This document shows, piece after piece, positions 20,538 through 28,024 of a DNA stretch of 64,000 bases. How positions within the stretch are numbered: the first letter of the stretch is position 1; each line of letters starts with the position of its first letter. Origin of the DNA: an uncultured Veillonellaceae bacterium (lineage in GTDB: Bacteria; Bacillota; Negativicutes; JARBTT01); contig CAWDTA010000002.1 of the NCBI GenBank assembly GCA_963805085.1, positions 224,001-288,000 on the forward strand, written 5' to 3'. The notes beneath the pieces are model-generated. The model worked only from the letters and a program-made list of their open reading frames with translations, was not told the DNA's origin and made no database searches. The translations under genes and the position numbers were made by a program.

Positions 20538-21671
20538 ATGAATATAGATACCCTTTGTATACATGCAAATAAAATTGAACACAATCCAACTGGTGCTGTC
20601 AGCGTACCCATTTATCAATCAGCAACCTTTGCCCATCCCGGTGTAGGACAAAGTACCGGCTACGACTACGCGCGTCTACAAAATCCAACGCGTGAACATC
20701 TGGAAAAAGTAATGGCCAAATTAGAGAACGGCGTTGACGCAATGGCTTTCACAACGGGCATGGCAGCAACCACAACATTAATGGAACTATTTTCTCCAGG
20801 CGACCACATCATTAGTTCCGATGATTTATATGGTGGTGCACATCGCTTATTCGATCACATCTCAGTAAAAAATGGATTAACTTTTGACGCTATCAATACT
20901 TCCGACATTCGTTTAATTGAAAAGCATATCAAACCAAATACCAAGGCGATTTTTATCGAAACCCCTACCAATCCGATGATGCATGTAACCGATATTAAAA
21001 AAGTAACGCAGCTTGCGAAAAAACATCATATATTGGTGATCGTCGATAACACGTTCCTTACGCCATATTTTCAAAAGTCATTAGATTTAGGTGCAGATAT
21101 CGTTCTTCACAGTGGTACAAAATACCTTGGTGGGCACAACGATACTTTAGCTGGTTTCTTGGTTGTAAATTCTACCGAGTTATCGGACAAACTTCGCTTT
21201 ATCTATAAAACAACTGGCGCCTGTCTAGCGCCACTCGATAGCTGGCTCCTTATTCGCGGTATTAAAACATTGGCAATTCGCATGAAAACACAAGCCAACA
21301 ATGCCATGAAAATTGCCAATTGGTTAAAAACTCAGCCAAAAATCAAAAAAGTTTACTACGTCGGCTTGCCAGAGCATCCTGATTATGAGATTTCAGCTAG
21401 ACAAGCAACTGGATTTGGGGCAATGATCTCTTTTGATGTCGACAGCGAGCAAACAGCGCGCAATCTATTAGAAAAAGTAGACCTTATCCAATTTGCTGAA
21501 AGTCTCGGCGGCGTTGAAACGTTGATGACCTACCCAATGCTGCAAACTCATGCTGACGTGCCAAAAGAATCGCGTGAAGCCAAAGGGATCAACGAAACTT
21601 TACTTCGCTTGTCAGTCGGAATCGAAGATGTTGATGATATCATCGCCGATTTAGCACAAGCTTTGGGATAG
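20538..21671 (+). CDS. Trans-sulfuration PLP enzyme (cystathionine gamma-synthase, MetB/MetI-like)
   Basis: YARLQNPTR, ETPTNP, VDNTF, HSGTKYLGGHND, ESLGGVETL; start behind an AAGGAG RBS. Confidence 0.9.
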   Translation: MNIDTLCIHANKIEHNPTGAVSVPIYQSATFAHPGVGQSTGYDYARLQNPTREHLEKVMAKLENGVDAMAFTTGMAATTTLMELFSPGDHIISSDDLYGGAHRLFDHISVKNGLTFDAINTSDIRLIEKHIKPNTKAIFIETPTNPMMHVTDIKKVTQLAKKHHILVIVDNTFLTPYFQKSLDLGADIVLHSGTKYLGGHNDTLAGFLVVNSTELSDKLRFIYKTTGACLAPLDSWLLIRGIKTLAIRMKTQANNAMKIANWLKTQPKIKKVYYVGLPEHPDYEISARQATGFGAMISFDVDSEQTARNLLEKVDLIQFAESLGGVETLMTYPMLQTHADVPKESREAKGINETLLRLSVGIEDVDDIIADLAQALG

Positions 21672-21682
21672 GAGATAAGAAA

Positions 21683-22858
21683 ATGAACTATAATTTTGAT
21701 GAAATTATCGACAGAAGAAATACAAATTCCTTAAAATATGATTTTGCTTTAGAACGTAATAAACCAAGCGATGTACTCCCACTTTGGGTAGCTGACATGG
21801 ATATAAAAACACCACTCGAAGTACGTGAAGCTCTTATAAAATCAGCAGAGCATGGTATCTTTGGTTATTCCGATGTGAAAATCGAATATTTTAACACGCT
21901 AAACAAATGGTTTGAAACCAATTTTGACTGGGAGACTAAACAAGAATGGCTCGTGAAAGCCCCTGGGGTTGTTTTCGCGATTTGTACTGCAATTCGCGCC
22001 TTTACAGAAAAAGGTGATGCTGTACTGATTCAACGCCCTGTATATTATCCATTCTCACTATCAATTAAGGATAATGAACGCAAATTGGTAAACAATCCGC
22101 TTGTGTATAAGGACGGCAAATATGAAATTGACTTTGTTGACTTTGAACAAAAGATTATCGACAATCATGTGAAATTATTTATCCTTTGCAGTCCTCATAA
22201 CCCTGTTGGCAGAGTATGGACGAAAGGAGAATTAACGAAAATCGGCGATATTTGTATCAAACATAACGTACTCGTTGTCGCCGATGAGATTCACGAAGAG
22301 TTTATCTATGAAGGGTTCAAACATCACGTATTTGCGAGTCTAAAACCAGAGTTCAGCGACATTGCGATCACTTGCACCGCGCCAAGTAAAACCTTTAATC
22401 TCGCTGGCTTACAAGTTTCTAATATCTTTATTTCCAATACTGAACTTCGCCGTAAATTCAAAAAGGAAATAATAAAAACTGGTTATTGTGAATTAAACGC
22501 AATGGGACTCGTCGCTTGTCAAACAGCCTATGCCCATGGCCTAGATTGGCTCGATCAATTAAAAGTATATCTTGCCCAAAATCTTGATTTCACTAGAACG
22601 TTCCTCGTCGAAAAAATCCCACAAATAAAACTAGTCGAACCACAAGGTACCTATCTCCTCTGGCTCAATTGCTCAGCTCTCAACTTAGATGATAAAGCTC
22701 TCGAAGACCTCATCGTCAATAAAGCAAAACTTTGGCTCGACGCCGGCACCATGTTCGGCCCTGAGGGCTCAGGCTTCCAACGCATCAATATCACTTGCCC
22801 ACGCGCTACACTAGAAAAAGCGCTGCAACAATTAGAGGCAGCGGTAAAAACGTTGTAA
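21683..22858 (+). CDS. patB: MalY/PatB cystathionine beta-lyase
   Basis: LPLWVADMD, LCSPHNPVGRVW, DEIH, APSKTFNLAGL, GTYLLW. Confidence 0.92.
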   Translation: MNYNFDEIIDRRNTNSLKYDFALERNKPSDVLPLWVADMDIKTPLEVREALIKSAEHGIFGYSDVKIEYFNTLNKWFETNFDWETKQEWLVKAPGVVFAICTAIRAFTEKGDAVLIQRPVYYPFSLSIKDNERKLVNNPLVYKDGKYEIDFVDFEQKIIDNHVKLFILCSPHNPVGRVWTKGELTKIGDICIKHNVLVVADEIHEEFIYEGFKHHVFASLKPEFSDIAITCTAPSKTFNLAGLQVSNIFISNTELRRKFKKEIIKTGYCELNAMGLVACQTAYAHGLDWLDQLKVYLAQNLDFTRTFLVEKIPQIKLVEPQGTYLLWLNCSALNLDDKALEDLIVNKAKLWLDAGTMFGPEGSGFQRINITCPRATLEKALQQLEAAVKTL

Positions 22859-23033
22859 ATTGCAACAAAGATAGAGAATTCAGCAGAATTATGAAGCTAT
22901 TATAGTTATCATTAAAACATAGCATCAATGATTTTATTTACTTTACGAATAAAATCTACTATAATAAACATATACTAAATAAACCAAAAACGCCCTGTGG
23001 AAGCAGGACGTTTCGGTTGAAGATGGTGTGTTG

Positions 23034-23120
23034 TTACCTGCAAAGCGCAATGAGCGTTGTAACCGCTACAATGAACTTAGCAGAAACTATTAGCTTAAAC
23101 GACTTAGTTTCTAGCTGCAT
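23034..23120 (-). CDS. 28-aa hydrophobic peptide, candidate type I toxin
   Basis: GGAGGTGA RBS then MQLETKSFKLIVSAKFIVAVTTLIALCR*; hairpins on both sides; opposing promoter TTTACT-17-TATAAT at 22937-22965. Confidence 0.55.
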   Translation of the reverse strand: MQLETKSFKLIVSAKFIVAVTTLIALCR

Positions 23121-23305
23121 GGTATCACCTCCATATTCAGTTATGAGGACGTAGTTGACGCTACGTCCTTTATTATTATAACTTAATGTGACTAATTTTT
23201 ACAGTTTGAAATAAAACTGTCTTTTCAGTTAATATTTAGATTGCACTAAAAAGAACGAAGCTGAGATTTTGATATTTTAAAGGCACAACTGGCAACTGAC
23301 ACGTA

Positions 23306-23629
23306 TCAGCTGCTAGTTGTGCCTTTTGGGTCGAAATATCTCCGATTGAGCTTTAGAAAATCCATCCGCCTAGGTTTGATTCCCATCTCTAGTAATTCCT
23401 TGTCTAATTTCGCATAGGTAATGTCTCTATACTCTTCGAATGGAATGTCGTCAGCTATTTCAGTCAGAAGACCAAACTGGGAAAGATTATATATCATAAC
23501 TCCCTCTTGTTGCTTAACCATGACATACTTTTTCTTATCAAAATCTGTCATCAATTTAACTGTAAAATCAGCGTTTTCTACTTCCTCAGCCATAATTATG
23601 TCGTCTGTTGTTTTATAGATTCTATACAT
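23306..23629 (-). CDS. Hypothetical protein (107 aa, island-borne)
   Basis: ORF with a GAGG RBS; no recognised motif. Confidence 0.6.
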   Translation of the reverse strand: MYRIYKTTDDIIMAEEVENADFTVKLMTDFDKKKYVMVKQQEGVMIYNLSQFGLLTEIADDIPFEEYRDITYAKLDKELLEMGIKPRRMDFLKLNRRYFDPKGTTSS

Positions 23630-24028
23630 TTACAGAACCTCTATTTCCCCAAAAAACATATCTTGTCCCTTGTAAATAGAATGAACCTCTCCTCTTGGTT
23701 GTGGCGAGGAGGCTTCCTCGCCACATATTGGTGCGATACCTTGCCCACAGTTTTTTACTACCTTGTACTGATACCAATTTTATATCCCCCTTCATCATTC
23801 TGCACGTGGTTTCTTCTATCCGCTGATGCAGATAGAAAAAACCAGCATACAGTTTGTTTCAGGGGAAACCAAAAAAGCACATGCGAGGTTTTATTCAACC
23901 TACACATGCGCTATACTTCATCTTGATTGCATGCAGACGCTAAGCCTCTGCTAAAACTTCAATCGTATTATACCAAGCGAACGGACTATCTCCCTTGTAA
24001 TCAAGGGAAAAGCACGGTATAATAAATT

Positions 24029-24122
24029 GTCGTCGTAGACAGCTAGCTGTTACGTGTAGGTGCTTACCCACCTGCTCGTGCCTCAGAGTGGTGACACACT
24101 CTCAGGACACGGCGACTTTTTT
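24029..24122 (+). ncRNA. Candidate structured small RNA
   Basis: Promoter TTGTAA-17-TATAAT (23995-24023); closing stem GTCGTCGT/ACGGCGAC, three internal hairpins and a U-tract. Confidence 0.55.
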
Positions 24123-24221
24123 AATTTCCACCTATTTTTATTATAATCCATTTGTTGGGGATTGCAAGCAAAAGTAAATCGAAATATGAATTTTTATATA
24201 GAAAAAGCGAGGTCAGTGAGC

Positions 24222-24251
24222 GGGACAAGGGGACAGGTTTTCTGTCCCACT
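24222..24251. repeat. REP site a (abuts the RAYT stop codon)
   Basis: GGGACAAGGGGACAGGTTTTCTGTCCCACT; inverted copy of 25046-25075. Confidence 0.85.
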
Positions 24252-25008
24252 ACAATCTATCAATTACACTTTTAGAAATTCCAGTTATCCTTGCTAATTG
24301 CCTTATCGTAATGCCATTCTTTTCTTTTATCTTTCGGATTACATTATCCCGTTGCTCTTTATTTAATCGTCGCAATTGACTAATCGTTGTTATTCCCATT
24401 TCACTTAAATATTTCATTATTTCTTGATCGGATACAATCACTTTTTCTCTACAATCCAAACACTCATCTGCATTGTTTTCATTTGTATACTCTATAAATA
24501 ATTTTGTCGCCGCTGCTTTGTCACTCGAAAAATTTTCTAACGCAAGCTCTATATCTGTAATGCCTGGTATACCGACATAATTATGATAACTACTCCACAA
24601 ATATTTACCTGCATTTTTTGCAATTCCTGCTTTTACCGGATTCTGATGAATGTATCTCAAAACCATAAGAAAATATGCATCTGTCTCGACAACTTCACTC
24701 TTATATCGTTCTTGAAACAAATGCCCACACCGTTGATATTTTTGATTATACCAATATACATAGCTACTACTAATTCGTTTTATCACTTGGTCTATTGATT
24801 CTTTATTCTCTTTTATCAGCAAATGAATATGGTTATCCATCAAACAGTATCCATATAGCAAATAACCGCTCAACTTCTTATAATATGCAAGCGTTTCTAA
24901 AAATCTTTGTTTGTCTTCTTCATCTTCAAATATATTTTGTTTATTGATTCCCCTACATATCAGATGATAGATTCCTGTTTCACTTTTTAACCGAGCTTTT
25001 CTTGGCAT
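24250..25008 (-). CDS. REP-associated tyrosine transposase (RAYT/TnpA-REP) with C-terminal HTH
   Basis: MPRKAR..GIYHLICRGIN, YCLMDNHIHLL (HUH), GHLFQERYKS, YIHQNPVKAG, YLWSSY; flanked by inverted REPs. Confidence 0.92.
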   Translation of the reverse strand: MPRKARLKSETGIYHLICRGINKQNIFEDEEDKQRFLETLAYYKKLSGYLLYGYCLMDNHIHLLIKENKESIDQVIKRISSSYVYWYNQKYQRCGHLFQERYKSEVVETDAYFLMVLRYIHQNPVKAGIAKNAGKYLWSSYHNYVGIPGITDIELALENFSSDKAAATKLFIEYTNENNADECLDCREKVIVSDQEIMKYLSEMGITTISQLRRLNKEQRDNVIRKIKEKNGITIRQLARITGISKSVIDRL

Positions 25009-25045
25009 AGTATCACCTCAATATTAGTATAACATCTTTTCTATC

Positions 25046-25075
25046 AGTGGGACAGTAAACCTGTCCCCTTGTCCC
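25046..25075. repeat. REP site b (upstream of the RAYT start)
   Basis: AGTGGGACAGTAAACCTGTCCCCTTGTCCC. Confidence 0.85.
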
Positions 25076-25096
25076 TCTAGCATGAAAAAAAGAGCC

Positions 25097-25255
25097 CTAA
25101 GGCTCTCGATTATGATGTTTTCTACGTGTACGAGATTTCTTAATTTCTTGGTATTCCCAAAAAATCTCTAAAGCAATCTTTGCTATTCCTAAGATACTCG
25201 CAACTATAATTAACATTTCTTGAAGTACATCAAAATCTAAGCAACATGTAATCAC
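25097..25255 (-). CDS. Small single-TM peptide with basic tail (type I toxin-like; start uncertain)
   Basis: ...DFDVLQEMLIIVASILGIAKIALEIFWEYQEIKKSRTRRKHHNREP*; the ATG after the GGGGGTGA RBS is out of frame. Confidence 0.4.
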   Translation of the reverse strand: MITCCLDFDVLQEMLIIVASILGIAKIALEIFWEYQEIKKSRTRRKHHNREP

Positions 25256-25476
25256 CCCCTATTAAACATTTCCTTGAGGTGAGAAAAAAGCCACTACAAT
25301 AATGAAATACTTGTCCTATATAGTGTTAACGTTTATAAAGCTCCGTATCCACATTATCCCATAGTTTAAATCTTTTGTAAATACTAAAACAGTTAAAAAT
25401 TTGCAAATAAATATATTTTTTTAAGGAACTGACTGGTATTTAGGCTAGTTAGTTCCTTATATATAATCGATATAAA

Positions 25477-25533
25477 GAACGGGGACAAGGATGTTGCTTT
25501 CAATAAGGAAACATAGTCCCTGTCCCCGCGTTC
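25477..25533. repeat. Degenerate REPIN c
   Basis: GAACGGGGACAAGGATGTTGCTT-tcaat-AAGGAAACATAGTCCCTGTCCCCGCGTTC. Confidence 0.7.
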
Positions 25534-25652
25534 TCTGAATACTGATTCTAGCTGGAGTTTATTTTTATAGAGATAGGAAAGAACTTTATAATCCAAAGAC
25601 AGGTTATACTAAGATTTTGAGCAAAGGATTTTACCACATTTAAAATAATAAG

Positions 25653-25712
25653 GTGTCGAGGGGACGGGGTTGTTGACATAGATGGTTGTCAACAACCCCG
25701 TCCCCTCGACAC
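25653..25712. repeat. REPIN d (perfect 26-bp inverted repeat, 8-bp spacer)
   Basis: GTGTCGAGGGGACGGGGTTGTTGACA-tagatggt-TGTCAACAACCCCGTCCCCTCGACAC. Confidence 0.85.
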
Positions 25713-25841
25713 TCTATGCTGCTCTTTTACATTTTGTAAAAATTTGATTATCTTATCTAATTCCGTAATATCGGATTGAAAAGAAACCTCTTGTAACTCT
25801 ATTAAATTTTCACTGTCTTTTTGATATCCAAATACTTTCAC
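25689..25841 (-). pseudogene. Orphan immunity gene (Imm32-like), truncated by REPIN d
   Basis: GTG start just after the toxin fragment: MKVFGYQKDSENLIELQEVSFQSDITELDKIIKFLQNVKEQH, then reads into the REPIN (RVSRGRGC*); family recognised by eye. Confidence 0.6.
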
Positions 25842-25851
25842 AACTATTCCC

Positions 25852-26064
25852 CTACTTCCCATCTATTTTTTTCAACCATTCTTTTGTATTGTTACTTGGA
25901 TTAGGCGTTCCTTTATGAGCATCATGTATTGTTCCATCATTATTTAAGGATTTTCCGTCTTTAAAATGAACATGTGGTTTTTGTCCTGGAACATGAGGTT
26001 TATCTACTCTATCAACATCTTTTGGTGCCTGTCCTTTTTCAACCTGCTTTTGTAAACTATAAAT
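25852..26064 (-). pseudogene. Orphan polymorphic-toxin C-terminal fragment (no start codon)
   Basis: SLQKQVEKGQAPKDVDRVDKPHVPGQKPHVHFKDGKSLNNDGTIHDAHKGTPNPSNNTKEWLKK; His-rich nuclease-like tip of the kind seen on Rhs/LXG toxins, followed by an immunity-like ORF. Confidence 0.7.
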
Positions 26065-26065
26065 T

Positions 26066-26165
26066 TAGACAAAAGTACGCGTCCCCTTGGCATAGTATCA
26101 CCTCAACGCTAGTATAACACCTTTTTTTCAGTGGGACAGCAAACCTGTCCCCTTGTTCCTCTAGC
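26066..26165 (-). mobile_element. Remnant of a second RAYT 5' end with REP sites e and f
   Basis: 26086-26165 repeats 25001-25081 (REP, promoter, GAGGTGA RBS, ATG CCA AG) but is joined straight to a REP variant (GGGGACGCGTACTTTTGTCTA). Confidence 0.8.
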
Positions 26166-26321
26166 TGTTAATCGCTAGAGAGAAACCGAAACGAAGTGAA
26201 GGTTTCAAAGAGAATACTTGTTGGCGGTTAAATAATTATTATTTTGTGCGTTAATAAATGATTTATTTTATTTTTACACTTTGTTATTAAAATACTATAT
26301 GATGTGGGGTTTGTACAACTA

Positions 26322-26892
26322 TTAATATATAAATATTACAAAGTCGTGAGAGTGTAACATAATTTTGGTGATTTGTTTAAAAATATTTTTAAATTGCGTT
26401 TTTAGCGGTTGGTGATAAAACTACTATGAAGTATTGATTTGTATGGTTTGAATGAATTTGAGTGCGTAAATAATAATTATTTTATGGTGGTATATATTTT
26501 AGGGTATTTTGCTGTAAAGAGTGCATTTGCTCTGTTTATTAAAAAAGTATATATATTGTGCGGTTGGTGCATCTATATATAAATATTTTTCCATTTTTTA
26601 AATTTAATATATAAATATTACAAAGTCGTGAAAGTGTAACATGATTTTGGTGATTTTTTTAAATATTTTTAGTTTGGTGGTTTTGTGTGCTTTGTATGTT
26701 AAAAAATAATTATATAGGTGAAATGGGGGTAAATCTGTATTGATTTTGCTATAGATATTGAACAATTTAGCGGTTGGTACGTTATTACTTTTAAAATACA
26801 TATATATTGAGTGTCTTGTATTACTATAAATATATATTTTTCCTTTTTTAATTTTAATATATAAATATTACAAAATCGTCAAAGTGTAACAT
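26322..26892. repeat. Three spaced direct repeats of a 39-bp core
   Basis: TTAATATATAAATATTACAAA(G/A)TCGT(G/C)A(G/A)AGTGTAACAT at 26322, 26604 and 26854. Confidence 0.85.
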
Positions 26893-27347
26893 CAAATTGG
26901 CAACATTTTTAAAAATATTTTTACCCTTGACCAGTAGAATAAATACTATAGGATACCGTGACACGTGACAATGGTTTGTCACTAGTATAATTATTTTAAA
27001 TTAAAATGGTATATCGTAGTCAAATTTTTGACTAGTTCATTATCAATATCTAATATTCAGGTGGACTCATAGTAAAAACATATATTCATCAGATTTATTT
27101 TGGAACACCTATTAATAGTATCTTATATCAATGGTTCATGAAAAATCATCTGTTTTAACGTGGTGACTCTGATTATAAAATGTTGTTTAATTTGATTATT
27201 ATTTAAGGACTTAAATTGATTTAAACCTTGATTTTACTGGTTTAATGATATTTTACATAAAAGAACCTCTACGACGAAAACACCGTTTTCGTCATCACCG
27301 ACAGGTGATATATTAGAATTATTTTTATTAAAAAGGAGGTTTTATTT

Positions 27348-27515
27348 ATGTATGATACTGTGAGAAAATGTCCTAATTGTGGTAGTGATGCACCTTGTAT
27401 GGGTTCTTTGATGAAATGCAAAGAATGTGGTGGTACTTATTGTTCTAATTGTTCTGGTAATGGCTATGGGGGTAGTTGTCCGTTTTGTGGAGGTAATGAA
27501 TCGAAGTCTTTTTAA
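27348..27515 (+). CDS. 55-aa Cys-rich double zinc-ribbon microprotein
   Basis: AAGGAGG RBS; MYDTVRKCPNCGSDAPCMGSLMKCKECGGTYCSNCSGNGYGGSCPFCGGNESKSF*, four CxxC. Confidence 0.8.
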   Translation: MYDTVRKCPNCGSDAPCMGSLMKCKECGGTYCSNCSGNGYGGSCPFCGGNESKSF

Positions 27516-27661
27516 TTTCAAGGTTACTCAGTTTTTCTAGATTAATTGAAACGGCATTGTTAATAGGAATTTATTACCTATTAATTAGGTGTCACTAGAG
27601 AGCACCTGAGAATTAAAATGGTCAGTGGATTTTTTACGTCCACTGACCTTGTTTGCATTAA

Positions 27662-28012
27662 CTAAAAATCAAACTTTAGATTTCCCTTTTCCCATTCCGA
27701 AAGTGTCATCTTTGCATTAAACGCAGTAAGCCCTCTGGTACCACTCAGCTCTAACAAAACTTCCTTAGATCGGTCTGGTTGAATCGGGACTAAGCTAATT
27801 GCAGTTTCCAACCTAACAAATCTATTTTGGTGTTCCAAAAATGGAAGCAATTTTTCTAACCCATATTCGAAATTTGATTTTAATTCTTTTCGTATTTTTT
27901 GAATAACCCTTTGCTGCTTATTATACGTCTTGGAATCTCCCCTCTCTTGTGCATCCTCCCCCTTTATACAAGCTTCTATGTATTCATCTATAATCTTCCC
28001 TAAAGGCCTCAT
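27662..28012 (-). CDS. cdiI: Cognate immunity protein (DUF2019-like)
   Basis: Small ORF directly after the toxin stop with a GAGGAGG RBS; GDSKTYNK...LLPFLEH...VRL...AKMTLSEWEKGNL. Confidence 0.75.
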   Translation of the reverse strand: MRPLGKIIDEYIEACIKGEDAQERGDSKTYNKQQRVIQKIRKELKSNFEYGLEKLLPFLEHQNRFVRLETAISLVPIQPDRSKEVLLELSGTRGLTAFNAKMTLSEWEKGNLKFDF

Positions 28013-28024
28013 ACACAACCTCCT

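Noticed and set aside
25393-25596. 67-aa minus-strand ORF
   Set aside because: Runs through REPIN c and a terminator hairpin; no clear RBS
26322-26892. CRISPR array
   Set aside because: Only three repeats, intervals over 200 bp, and no cas genes in the window
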